From NCBI GenBank assembly GCA_965247095.1, contig OZ251997.1:1536001-1600000 (forward strand): a stretch of DNA of 64,000 bases, written 5' to 3'. Below the pieces are notes generated by a model. The model did no database searches. It was not told the DNA's origin and saw nothing but the letters and a program-made list of their open reading frames with translations. Positions 18,281 to 29,576 of this stretch are shown in pieces (position 1 is the first letter of the stretch; the number at the start of each line of letters is the position of its first letter). The translations under genes and the position numbers were made by a program. Source of the DNA: Candidatus Multivorans sp. (GTDB lineage Bacteria; Acidobacteriota; Thermoanaerobaculia; Multivoradales; Multivoraceae).

Positions 18281-19510
18281 TCACGAGACCTCGCGCACCC
18301 GCATCCCATCGACGAGCTCCGCCGACGGCCGCCGCACAACCGTCTCGCCGCCGCTCAGTCCCGACAGCACTTCGAACTCGTTGTCCTGCTCCAGGCCCAA
18401 CTCGATCGGCGAGCGCACCAACGCGCCATCCCGAACCACCCAGGCGTAGCTCCGACCGCCCTCGGTCAGGACCGCCGTCGCCGGAATCAGGACCTTCGGC
18501 GCCGCCTCCAATGCCGCCTGGTCCGTGCCCTCCTGCAGGAAGGTGACGGTGCAGCTCATGTCCGGCACCAGACGTTCGTCGCGGTCGTCGATCGTCACCT
18601 TGACCTGAACCACGGCCCGTTGGCGGTCCGCGGTCGGCACGATCTGCCGGAGGCTGCCGGTGTACTCGTGGTCGGGGACGGCATCGACCCGGATCGAGGC
18701 CGGCTGGCCGAGTTCGATGCGGGCGATGTAGCTCTCGTTGATGTCCGCCTCGACCTCGAGCGAGGTCGGATCGGCGATCCGCACCAGCGCCCCGGTCGAC
18801 TGCTGGCTGGTGAACCCGCCCGGCGCCACCATCTCGCCCACTTCGACCGTGCGCTCGATGACCACGCCGTCGACCGGTGAGCGGATCACCGTGTACTCCA
18901 ACTGGGCCCGGACCGAGTCGAGGTTGGCGCGCGCCGTGCCGACCTGGGCCTTCGCCACCTGGAGCGTCGTGATCGCGGCGTCGTGGTCGGCGCTGGGGGC
19001 CACGCCCGCCTCGACGACTCGCCGCTGACGACCCTCCTCGCGCACCGCGTCGGCAAGCCGCGCCGTCGACTCGATCAGGGCCGCCTCGGCCCGGCGCACC
19101 GCAGCCTCCAGATCGTCGCTGTCCAGCACGGCGATCAGATCCCCGGCCGCCACCGCGTCCCCCTCGTCGACATGGAGCTCCGTGATCCGACCGGTGATCT
19201 TCGACCCCACCGCGGCCCGCACCCGCGCATACGTATAGCCGGTCGCGTTGAGCACCGCCGACGCCTGCTCCGCCGTCAGCCGCTGCACGGTCGCCGTCTC
19301 CACCTCGGGCATGAGCCACGGGGCGTACTGCTCGAACGGCACCGTCCGCCAGGCGTAGACGGCCGCTACCGCGAGCACCAGGAAGATGCCCCACTTGACG
19401 TAGCGGCCCCTTCGCGGACGGTACTCGTACTCATCGTCGTCGCGCAGGATGGATAGATCGGGGCGCGGCGGTTCAGACGCACCGCCGCCGGGGCTCGCGA
19501 GGGCGCTCAC
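18281..19510 (-). CDS. Efflux periplasmic adaptor subunit (MacA-like)
   Basis: TM anchor, VGSKITGRI, IRSPVDGVV, LEVEADINE, GLSGGETVV. Confidence 0.9.
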   Translation of the reverse strand: MSALASPGGGASEPPRPDLSILRDDDEYEYRPRRGRYVKWGIFLVLAVAAVYAWRTVPFEQYAPWLMPEVETATVQRLTAEQASAVLNATGYTYARVRAAVGSKITGRITELHVDEGDAVAAGDLIAVLDSDDLEAAVRRAEAALIESTARLADAVREEGRQRRVVEAGVAPSADHDAAITTLQVAKAQVGTARANLDSVRAQLEYTVIRSPVDGVVIERTVEVGEMVAPGGFTSQQSTGALVRIADPTSLEVEADINESYIARIELGQPASIRVDAVPDHEYTGSLRQIVPTADRQRAVVQVKVTIDDRDERLVPDMSCTVTFLQEGTDQAALEAAPKVLIPATAVLTEGGRSYAWVVRDGALVRSPIELGLEQDNEFEVLSGLSGGETVVRRPSAELVDGMRVREVS

Positions 19511-19644
19511 CGGCGCACCGCCACCCCCGGCGGACGTACTCCACCGGCCGATCGTTTCATCCGCGGCATTCTATGGTTCTAACCTACGCGCGGCTGGCGC
19601 GAGGGTTTCGGGCCGCACCGAGACGACCGGCAAAGTGGCGCTCG

Positions 19645-20028
19645 CTAGCTCGTCGCCTCATCCACCGACATCAGGAGGTCGAAGTCTGAATCGGCGGTCT
19701 CGATAGCAGCGCCATGATGCGCCGCGCACGCAGCGATGAGGATGTCGGTTACCGGCACCGTGATCCCTCGGGCTCGTGAGCGAGACGCCAACTCGTAGGC
19801 CGTTTGCCAGACATCGCCTTCGATTGGCAGTTCCGGGAGCGTATCGGCGAAGCGCCGCAGCACCTTCCGCTCCCGACCGCCGCGGGCGCCATTCCAGAGT
19901 TCAAGCTGCACCACCGGACACCAGCAGGCCTGTCCGGACGTCAGCGCGGCTTCGACCCGAGCGCGAACGGCCGGGTCGCCATCCGGACGCAGCAGGTGGA
20001 TCCAAGACGATGTGTCAACGAGAATCAC
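19645..20028 (-). CDS. vapC: VapC PIN-domain toxin
   Basis: VILVDTSSWI, ELWNG, DILIAA, TADSDF; GTG 20028. Confidence 0.9.
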   Translation of the reverse strand: MILVDTSSWIHLLRPDGDPAVRARVEAALTSGQACWCPVVQLELWNGARGGRERKVLRRFADTLPELPIEGDVWQTAYELASRSRARGITVPVTDILIAACAAHHGAAIETADSDFDLLMSVDEATS

Positions 20029-20033
20029 CCGTT

Positions 20034-20237
20034 CTAACCACGGCGGCGAAGCGCCTGGAGCTCTTCGGGCGTCATCAGGTCGTCGCACGTTCCAGCGTAT
20101 CGAGCCAGCTCCGCCATCCGCATCCGGCGGTTGAAGTCGGAAACGGCCCCGACGATGGCCTCGCGCTTCGTCTTCGCATTCGTGAACTTGATCGCATCCT
20201 CAAGCTCACGACGAGGAATATCAACCGTGGTCTTCAT
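20034..20237 (-). CDS. vapB: VapB antitoxin
   Basis: MKTTVDIP..TKREAI; directly upstream of PIN toxin. Confidence 0.85.
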   Translation of the reverse strand: MKTTVDIPRRELEDAIKFTNAKTKREAIVGAVSDFNRRMRMAELARYAGTCDDLMTPEELQALRRRG

Positions 20238-20334
20238 GATCCCAGACTAGCCCCTCGTCGGAATCTCCGTCAACGCCTGAGGGAATCTCCTCGACCTGCT
20301 CCTCCTCGATCAGAGCACCCAGCGGCGTTGCGGC

Positions 20335-21489
20335 CTACTCCCGGCGCACCTCTTCGTCCGTCATGAACAGATACTCCGTAACCTGTCGATAGGTCTCACC
20401 GGGCCGCAGAACCGTACTGGGAAACCCGGGCTGGTTCGGAGAGTCGGGGAAGTGCTGCGTCTCGAGGCAGAGGCCACCTCGGTGGACGTAGGGCCGGCCG
20501 CTCTTGCCGACCAGGGTGCCGTCGAGGAAGTTGCCGGTGTAGAGCTGCAACCCGGGGGCGGTGCTCGTGACAAGGAGCAGCCGGCCACTCACCGGTTCGT
20601 AGAGCCGCGCCACGAATTCCGGTTCGGCACCAGCGGCGCCAGACTGCTGTACCACCCAGTTGTGGTCGTAGCCGCCACCGAAGCGAAGCTGTTCGAAGTC
20701 GTCGTCGATCCGGTCGCCGACCCGCGCTGGAGGAACGAAGCTCATCGGTGTCCCCTGGACAGACGCGATCTCGCCGGTCGGTATCAAGTTGGCATCAACC
20801 GGCGTGTAGGACGAACCCAGCAGTGTGAGTTCATGATCCAGAATGTCTCCTTCGCCTTCCCCTTTGAGGTTGAAGTACGAGTGGAAGGACAGATTCACTA
20901 CGGTGGGCTTGTCGGTCACGGCCGCCGCTTCGATGCGGAGATCGCTGACACCCAGCACATACCGGACCTCGAAGTCGACGTTGCCCGGATAGCCCTCTTC
21001 GCCGTCCGGACTTCGGTAGCGAAGCGCCACGCCCCTGCCGTGCTCGGTCCGGATCGGCTCGCCGTCCCAGACGACTCGGGTCAGACCACGGACGCCGCCG
21101 TGGAGGCTGTTCTGCCCATCGTTCTGCGGCAGGTTGTAGGTCTCCCCGTCGAGCCTGAACCGGCCCCCGGCAATCCGGTTCGCGTACCGACCGACGATGG
21201 CGCCGAAGTACGGGTTCGTGTCCGCGACGTAGGACTCGAGAGCGTTGAACCCCAGCACGACATCGGCGAACTCGCCGTCGCGGTCCGCGGCCGTCAACGA
21301 CACGATCGCGCCGCCCAGCTCGGAGATCTCGACACTGGCGCCTGAACGCGACTCGAGGCGGAACAGTTCGACCTCCTTGCCGTCGACTTCGCCCCATGGG
21401 CGCCGGGTCACCTCCACGAAGCGCCCCGGGTCAAGGCAACCGCCCGCAGCAGCGCCGGCGAGCAGGAGCAGTGGAATGAAGGGCCGCAT
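20335..21489 (-). CDS. galM: Aldose 1-epimerase (galactose mutarotase) with lipoprotein-like signal
   Basis: GRYANRI, LHGG, HSYFNL, GYDHN, CLETQHFPDSPN. Confidence 0.93.
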   Translation of the reverse strand: MRPFIPLLLLAGAAAGGCLDPGRFVEVTRRPWGEVDGKEVELFRLESRSGASVEISELGGAIVSLTAADRDGEFADVVLGFNALESYVADTNPYFGAIVGRYANRIAGGRFRLDGETYNLPQNDGQNSLHGGVRGLTRVVWDGEPIRTEHGRGVALRYRSPDGEEGYPGNVDFEVRYVLGVSDLRIEAAAVTDKPTVVNLSFHSYFNLKGEGEGDILDHELTLLGSSYTPVDANLIPTGEIASVQGTPMSFVPPARVGDRIDDDFEQLRFGGGYDHNWVVQQSGAAGAEPEFVARLYEPVSGRLLLVTSTAPGLQLYTGNFLDGTLVGKSGRPYVHRGGLCLETQHFPDSPNQPGFPSTVLRPGETYRQVTEYLFMTDEEVRRE

Positions 21490-21527
21490 GGAACACAACG
21501 CAGACTACGCTATCCGCCCCGCGCGCG

Positions 21528-22094
21528 GCCTACGGCGCCGAAGCGAGCTTCTCGGTAACGCTGGCCGAGATCGTTCAGTTCGCCGGCTGGAAGCAATGGC
21601 GCGAGCGCGAGCACCTGGAGCCGCTTCACGATGCCCTAGCCGGCCTGTACGACATGGCGATCAACTGGCGGAACACCGAATGGCGCATGGTCTCGGTTAC
21701 CAATCCGCCCGGCCGCGGCGTTACCCCCGACACGCCGATCGTCTTCCATGTCCACGTGCCGCCCGGCAGCCGCCACGGTCCCCAGATCCACCGGCCGACT
21801 CTTCGCAAGCTCTACCGACACGCTCCGAAAGCCCCCGCACTCCTGGCCCCGTCGGCGTATTGGGACCGCTACGGCCGCGGCCTGGGCGGCGCTGACGCGC
21901 TGGCGACGTCGCCCAGGGCGAACGCCTGGCCGGTACTCACGAAGGAATCGCTGCGGTTGATGATGTTCCCGGACAAGGAGCACCAGGAGTACCGACGGCG
22001 GGCCGTCAACCACGCACAGGCCATGCACAAAGCCGGCATCATCGACATGATGGAGAACGGCGGCGGTTGGCGCATCTACCGGCCGGCGCGGTGA
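21528..22094 (+). pseudogene. Probable 5'-truncated gene remnant, hypothetical protein
   Basis: Frame of 21654..22094 continues upstream with protein-like sequence (SVTLAEIVQFAGWKQWREREHLEPLHDAL) but has no start codon before galM. Confidence 0.45.
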
Positions 22095-22154
22095 CGTGGA
22101 ATCAAAGGCGTCGGTCGAGCGTTTTGCGTAACGCAGAGCGAAAGGAGTCCTTCG

Positions 22155-23180
22155 GTGATCTGGAAGTGGAAGGCCTTGCTACTCGTGGCCTCAGCGGCAA
22201 TGCCGGCAGCGACCGCCCAAGAGGACGGCGGATCCAAGCCGCCCCCAGTGGATCGCTTCGAGGAAGAGATCCTGGTCATGGGAAAGCTCCCTGGGCCGCC
22301 CCTTTGGAAGGTCACCAAGGATGACCATGTCTTGTGGATCCTTGGTATTCCAAACCTGGTGCCGGACAATCTTCTCTGGCGCTCGGACTCCGTCGAACAC
22401 GCGCTGGCCCACTCCAGCGAGTACCTGACGTCCAGAGACCTGCTCATCAAGGCGTCGAACCCGGTGAACATTATGCGGGGGCTTAAGAAGATCCAGCGCA
22501 CACGACGAATCCCGGACCACGAAACCCTGGAGGACCTGCTGCCAGAGGACCTGTACCAGCTCTTCCTGGAAACCAGACTCAGATACGCCCCGAAGCGAGA
22601 CGATCTCGAGAGATTGCGGCCTAGCGTCGCGGCCAAGGAACTCTTCGATTCCGCGGCGCAATCCGCAGGCCTGGAGCGAGGCCATACGATCCATCGGGTA
22701 GTCGAGAAAAGAGCCAGGAAGCACAACGTCAAGAAGGTGCCAACGGTACTCGTCCAGCGCTACAAGGATTCGACTCTCCTCGATGAGATGGAGGAAATAT
22801 CGGCTGCTGCGGAGCAAACCTGTCTCCAGGCACGTCTTGAAGGGCTTGATGCCCAGCTCGAGGCGTTCACGCGTCTTGCATCTGCCTGGGCCGAAGGCGA
22901 TTTGGCCTCGCTTAGAGCCCATCCAGGCGATTCGGCCACAGAGGCCTGCGATCCCAGGCGACTCGCCCCCCACCCAGAGGCGCTGAGCCAGATGGAGTCG
23001 CGTCTCTGGGTGCTCTGGCTCGAGAACGCCGATCGCGCATTGAGCAACAACGACTCCACTTTCGCCATCCTGCCTCTCAAGGACTTGCTCCGGCCCGACG
23101 GACCCCTGTCGCGGCTCCGACAGAGAGGCTATGAAGTCCTGGAGCCAGACGAAACTCCTCCGGAGGAGCAGCAAGACTGA
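22155..23180 (+). CDS. TraB/GumN family exported protein
   Basis: Signal peptide, [34 protein letters not shown]; RBS AAGGAG. Confidence 0.8.
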   Translation: MIWKWKALLLVASAAMPAATAQEDGGSKPPPVDRFEEEILVMGKLPGPPLWKVTKDDHVLWILGIPNLVPDNLLWRSDSVEHALAHSSEYLTSRDLLIKASNPVNIMRGLKKIQRTRRIPDHETLEDLLPEDLYQLFLETRLRYAPKRDDLERLRPSVAAKELFDSAAQSAGLERGHTIHRVVEKRARKHNVKKVPTVLVQRYKDSTLLDEMEEISAAAEQTCLQARLEGLDAQLEAFTRLASAWAEGDLASLRAHPGDSATEACDPRRLAPHPEALSQMESRLWVLWLENADRALSNNDSTFAILPLKDLLRPDGPLSRLRQRGYEVLEPDETPPEEQQD

Positions 23181-23418
23181 GGCCTTCTGCGGCGGCGCGG
23201 GAGGAACGCCGACCCTTCACGGGTTCGACTTGGACGGCCGTACCCACCCCACCGAGGGCGCCGCGGCCGCCAGCGGACTTTCACCGCCACCGGCCATCCC
23301 GCTCGCCGCCGGACGCCTCGCGGCCTCTGAGTCTCGCCCCAGCCCACGCCGAACCGTGGAATCCCGCGACCGGAACTTGCTTCACAGCGTTCTGTCGCGC
23401 AGACTCGCCTTGCGCGCC

Positions 23419-25071
<1,653 letters not shown>

Positions 25072-25182
25072 CCGGAAATTCCTGACAGGGAAATAGAAAA
25101 CCATCTTTGGCTGGCAATTTCCTAGGAATTTTCCGTGAACTTCTTCTCCCTCCCGCCAGAAACCGAAAGAAATGCCCAGGAT

Positions 25183-26538
25183 ATGAGAAATTCTCGCCCA
25201 ATTCGGGCTTGGGGCGCGATTCTTCTTCTCCTTCTCTGCCTCGCTGCGGGCAGCGCCAGCGCTCAGCGTGCGACCTACCCGCCGGAGGAGTTCGCCGAGC
25301 GCCGGGCCCGCCTGTGCGACCGCCTGGAGGGCGGGGCCGTGCTCATGTTCTCGGAGACGATGCCCCGCTACGGCGTCCGCTTCCGGCAGGACCACGACTT
25401 CTACTACCTGACCGGCTACGAGGGCCGGAACGCGGCGCTGCTGCTGGAGGCCGACAGTTGCGAGGCGCGGCTCTACCTGCCCCACCAGGGTGACCGCGAG
25501 AAGTTCATCGACGGCCCCAACTGGCTCTACGCGCCCGAGAAGGCAGAGGACCGCGGTTTCGTGGTCGACCACCTGGCGTACCTGCCCGAACACCTTGCAC
25601 GGCGGCGCGGGCGGATGCCCGGAGAGACCGGCAAGCTGCTGTGGATGCGCCTCGGAGAACGCGACGAGGTCGACCTCGCCCGCAACGAGAAGGGCCTCTA
25701 CCTGGGCCGGCGCGAGCAGAACCCCTGGGGCGGTCAGCCCAGCGAGCAGGCCCAGCAGGTCGAGACGATCCGCAGCCGCTATCCGTACATCGAGCTACGC
25801 GATCTGACACCGCACCTCGATCGCCTGCGGATGATCAAGACGCCGCGCGAGATCGAGATCCTGCGCCGCGCCGGCAAGGTCAGCGCCGAGGGCATCACGG
25901 CAGCGATCCGCGCCACGGAGGCCGGCACCTGGGAGTACGAGTTGGAGGCCGCCGCCAAGCACATCTTCCTCCGGCACGGCGCCGAGATGGAGGCCTACCC
26001 CGCCATCGTCGGTTCGGGACCGAACGGCCTGATCTGGCACTGGGTCAAGAACGACCGGCAGCTCGAGGACGGCGACCTGGTGGTCATGGACTACGGCGCC
26101 TCCTTCGCCTACCTGACTATGGACATCACCCGCACCTGGCCCGTCAACGGGAAGTTCGACGAGGTCCAGGAACGCGCCTACCGCGCCGTCCTCGAAGCGC
26201 AGAAGGCGATCATCGCCGCCATGCGACCCGGCGCCACCCGCGCCGAAACGACCGAGATCTGCCGCGCGATCTACGACCGCTGGGGCTTCGAGGACAAACC
26301 CGCCCACGGCGCCGGCCATTTCGTCGGCCTCTCCGTCCACGACGTCGGCGACGGCGCCCTGCCATTCGAGCCCGGCATGGTGATCGCGGTCGAACCGATC
26401 ATCGAAATCCCCGAAAGGAACATCCACATCCGCATCGAGGACACCGTGCTCGTCACCGAGGGCGCGCCCGAGATCCTGAGCGCCGCGGTGCCCAAGGAAG
26501 TCAACGCGCTGCTGGGGCTGGTTGGGTCTGCGAAGTAG
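25183..26538 (+). CDS. Xaa-Pro aminopeptidase (M24) with signal peptide
   Basis: FRQDHDFYYLTG, MDYGA..DITRTWP, GHFVGLSVHD, IEDTVLVT. Confidence 0.9.
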   Translation: MRNSRPIRAWGAILLLLLCLAAGSASAQRATYPPEEFAERRARLCDRLEGGAVLMFSETMPRYGVRFRQDHDFYYLTGYEGRNAALLLEADSCEARLYLPHQGDREKFIDGPNWLYAPEKAEDRGFVVDHLAYLPEHLARRRGRMPGETGKLLWMRLGERDEVDLARNEKGLYLGRREQNPWGGQPSEQAQQVETIRSRYPYIELRDLTPHLDRLRMIKTPREIEILRRAGKVSAEGITAAIRATEAGTWEYELEAAAKHIFLRHGAEMEAYPAIVGSGPNGLIWHWVKNDRQLEDGDLVVMDYGASFAYLTMDITRTWPVNGKFDEVQERAYRAVLEAQKAIIAAMRPGATRAETTEICRAIYDRWGFEDKPAHGAGHFVGLSVHDVGDGALPFEPGMVIAVEPIIEIPERNIHIRIEDTVLVTEGAPEILSAAVPKEVNALLGLVGSAK

Positions 26539-26551
26539 CAACCACAGCTAT

Positions 26552-26582
26552 GATTGCAATGAATGCGCTGTCATTGTAATCT
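26552..26582 (+). promoter_or_regulatory. Operator inverted repeat overlapping probable leaderless promoter of fitAB-like TA
   Basis: GATTGCAATGA-N8-TCATTGTAATC; TTGCAA-17-TAATCT, 8 nt before ATG. Confidence 0.6.
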
Positions 26583-26590
26583 CTCGGCCC

Positions 26591-26842
26591 ATGGGCCAAC
26601 TCACCATTCGTAACGTCGACGAAGCAGTAGTGCAGGCCTTGCGGCGCCGCGCAGCGGCCGCAGGCACGTCAACCGAGGAAGAAGCGCGCCGGTCGCTGGC
26701 GATGGCCTTGGGCATCGACCGGGAAGCAACGCGGGCTCGGCTCAACGCCGTCCGTGCGGCGATAGCCCACGACGACGACGAGCCCGTCGAGCAGTTGATT
26801 CGGAAACTGCGGGACGGAAGAGCCCACGACCTCTCGGGCTGA
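26591..26842 (+). CDS. FitA-like ribbon-helix-helix antitoxin
   Basis: MGQLTIRNVDEAVVQALRRRAA..STEEEAR. Confidence 0.88.
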   Translation: MGQLTIRNVDEAVVQALRRRAAAAGTSTEEEARRSLAMALGIDREATRARLNAVRAAIAHDDDEPVEQLIRKLRDGRAHDLSG

Positions 26843-26848
26843 CCCGCC

Positions 26849-27265
26849 TTGCCGCTCCAACGCGTCGTCGTTGACGCCAGTGCCGCCCTGAAGTGGGTTC
26901 TCGAAGAGGAAAGCAGCCCTGTTGCCCTCGAACTCCTGGACCGAGATGTCCTTCACGCCCCGGACTTCTTGCTGCTGGAAGCCGCGAACGTTCTCTGGAC
27001 GAAGGTCCGCCGGGGCGCTCTGTCACGACCCGATGCCGACGCCGCGTTTCAGACGCTAGCCGCCGTGCCGATGGTGCTGACACCACTGGCCGAACTCATC
27101 CCACCGGCCCGTAGCTTGGCTTTCGCCTTGGATCTCACCGTGTACGACGCCGTCTACGCGGCGCTGGCCCAACAACTCGACTGCCCGCTCGCAACCGCCG
27201 ATGCGGCACTCGCACGCGCCATGACTGCGGCAGCACTCACCGGTTCGGCGCAGCTCATCCGCTAG
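26849..27265 (+). CDS. vapC: VapC PIN-domain toxin
   Basis: VVDASAALKW, EAANVL, YDAVYAALA, LATAD. Confidence 0.9.
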   Translation: MPLQRVVVDASAALKWVLEEESSPVALELLDRDVLHAPDFLLLEAANVLWTKVRRGALSRPDADAAFQTLAAVPMVLTPLAELIPPARSLAFALDLTVYDAVYAALAQQLDCPLATADAALARAMTAAALTGSAQLIR

Positions 27266-29273
27266 AGCCGCCGACGCGGTCGGCCAGCGCATCCAGCGGC
27301 TCCCTGCCCTGCCGGACCTCCGCGAGCCGCTCGAGCCAGCGGCCCGAAATCGCGTTCAAGCCGAAGCGGGCGCCTAGCACCGCACCGGCGACCGCCCCGT
27401 TCGTGTCCGTGTCTCCGCCTGCGCTGACGACGGCCACAAGCGCTTCTTCGAAGTCGGAGGCCTGGGTCGCGCACCAGAGTGCTACCTGCATCGCCTTCAG
27501 CGTGTAACCCATGTCGCTCCCGTCGAGGACCAGGTCCGCCGGCGCAATACCGCTCGGGATGGAACAGGCTTCCACGACGGTTTCCGACACGGCTCCCGCG
27601 ACTCCGAACTCCGCGAGGGAGTCACCAAGTCGCTCCGCCGTTTGCTGGGTGCGGCCAACCACATCCGGCACTTCGAGCGCAGCGCCCCGAAGGAGCCTTG
27701 CAATCGCCAGGTTCACCGTGACCGACGACCAGATGCAACGCGGATCCGCGTGGGTCACGACCGCGCTCAATGCCGTGTTCCTGACCAGGGCAACTTCGTC
27801 CCGCTTCCACCGGATCGCCAGTGGCGCACAGCGCATCACGGCGCCGTTGCCGGCGGAGTACCGGCCCGACTCCTCCCAAACCTGCCGCGCGGCCTCCAAC
27901 GCCGGTTGGCCGCTGGGCTCGCGCGCCCGAACTCCGGCGCCGCCAGCGCAACGAGGCATGTCGCCGCCGATCCGGGACAGGACGTCCGCGGTTTGAATCC
28001 CGATGCCGCGGCCGTTCTCCTCGGCCCAGACCCAGAATCGGCGACCAGTCTCCTCCACGTGGAGTTCGCCGGACCCGGCGTCGATGGACAACTCAGCCAG
28101 GATGATCGCTTGCGCCAGGTCGTCGTCGTCCGGCTCGCCGGGTTCGATTTCGATGTCGCGGATTCCGTTCGGGTAGGAAGCCTCAACCGCGTGACGTGGC
28201 CAGCCCTCCTGGGGGACGCCGAGCAGATTCCCGACGGCTAGGCCGACCATGAGGCCGCGGCTGCGGTCTTGAAGCTCCGCTTTCTGCAAGAACCACTCCT
28301 TCTTGTTGGCAAACGGGGCTTTGCCAAGACCAGCGTTCTTCCAGGCCTTCTTGACTTCGAGAGCGGAGTTCTTGTCCCACTTGGCGAAAGCAGAATTGGC
28401 GCCTCCCGCTTTCTTCTCGCGAAGCAACTCCTGAAACCGCCCATCTTCTCGCTGCTTGGCCCTCCAAGCGTCACTCACATGGTGTGGTCGTGCTTCACAC
28501 TCGGCGCGGCCCGGCAGCGCCGCCAAACCTCCCCGAACCTTGAAGAGGTCAGGAAAGTCGGGGTAATGCTCCTCGTGTCGCCCCGTGTAGTTCGTCATGC
28601 CCGGCGCCGTCAGTGTGCCCTTCGGCAAAGCAACGCTCCCAATCTTGTGTCGAGGATCCTCGACCCGAGATCTTCCCGGCTCCGCCGCACACTGACGCCA
28701 AGTGAGATTCACGGCTGCATTCTTAGGGTAGAACACCATCTCCGAGTACGGCAGATTGTCATGAATGAACCACGCGAGGGCGCGCCAATCGCGGTCCTTG
28801 TCCTCCTTCAGCCAGTCGACGAACCAGGGAATGACGACACAAGCGGTAGCACCGATCCAACCATCGGCGTCCTCGTGATCCCAGATGTGGCGAGCGTAGT
28901 TGTTCTGGTTCGAGGCACATCCCATCGCATTGGCATTGCAGAAACCGTTCACATTGGCGCTCCGGAAGGCGGAGCGGATCGTCACATGGCCGAAGATCGC
29001 GTGGAGCGGCTCCAACAGGTTCTTGCACAGGCCCCGTCCAGCCTTGATCGCCAGCTCGGCGTCATCCGGAACGTTCGCGATGCCGTGGGCTGCAGCTACT
29101 TCCGAGTACAGGAAGTCTCGCATGAAGAAATGCTCCGACATGCGGACACGACCGAGTGCATCGAGAGCTCCAAGGACCTTGTTCGGCGCTAGACCGGGTA
29201 GTAGCCCCTTCCGCTGCTTAGCTGCGAAGTCCTTCAGCGTCTTCGCGTCGGCTTTGGTAGTTCCGTCATTCAC
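27255..29273 (-). CDS. Fusion: peptidase-M15-like N-terminal domain + ADP-ribosylglycohydrolase
   Basis: N-term RMSEHFFMRDFLYSE..LLEPL..IRSAFRS..VN; C-term GLAVGNLLG, DDDDLAQ, AGNGAVMRCAP, TH, GGDTDTNGAVAG. Confidence 0.85.
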   Translation of the reverse strand: MNDGTTKADAKTLKDFAAKQRKGLLPGLAPNKVLGALDALGRVRMSEHFFMRDFLYSEVAAAHGIANVPDDAELAIKAGRGLCKNLLEPLHAIFGHVTIRSAFRSANVNGFCNANAMGCASNQNNYARHIWDHEDADGWIGATACVVIPWFVDWLKEDKDRDWRALAWFIHDNLPYSEMVFYPKNAAVNLTWRQCAAEPGRSRVEDPRHKIGSVALPKGTLTAPGMTNYTGRHEEHYPDFPDLFKVRGGLAALPGRAECEARPHHVSDAWRAKQREDGRFQELLREKKAGGANSAFAKWDKNSALEVKKAWKNAGLGKAPFANKKEWFLQKAELQDRSRGLMVGLAVGNLLGVPQEGWPRHAVEASYPNGIRDIEIEPGEPDDDDLAQAIILAELSIDAGSGELHVEETGRRFWVWAEENGRGIGIQTADVLSRIGGDMPRCAGGAGVRAREPSGQPALEAARQVWEESGRYSAGNGAVMRCAPLAIRWKRDEVALVRNTALSAVVTHADPRCIWSSVTVNLAIARLLRGAALEVPDVVGRTQQTAERLGDSLAEFGVAGAVSETVVEACSIPSGIAPADLVLDGSDMGYTLKAMQVALWCATQASDFEEALVAVVSAGGDTDTNGAVAGAVLGARFGLNAISGRWLERLAEVRQGREPLDALADRVGGSSG

Positions 29274-29365
29274 TTGTGCTGTCTCCGCTTGTTCTTCTCA
29301 AGAGCAACCGGTCAGTGCTCTCCCTTGCTACGTCAGCCCGCTCGGCACCGACGTCCAGCCCAGGC

Positions 29366-29526
29366 GGGTCAGGAGGGGTCAGCTCCCAGGTGCCTCTGAA
29401 CGAGCGACGCCCAACGACATTGAACTAACCGACGCCGAACCGGAGCGAGTGAGGCGGAGTGAGCGCCACCCCCTCCCATCTCCTCTCAAGCGCTCACGTC
29501 ACCTGGGAGCTGACCCCTCCTGACCC
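29366..29526. repeat. Perfect 27-bp inverted repeat pair around a 107-bp core (MITE/REP-like)
   Basis: GGGTCAGGAGGGGTCAGCTCCCAGGTG at 29366-92 and its exact reverse complement at 29500-26. Confidence 0.85.
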
Positions 29527-29576
29527 AAGACGGGCGGGTGCCACCGACGCCGTACCGGCTCCGTCGCGCCGACGAC

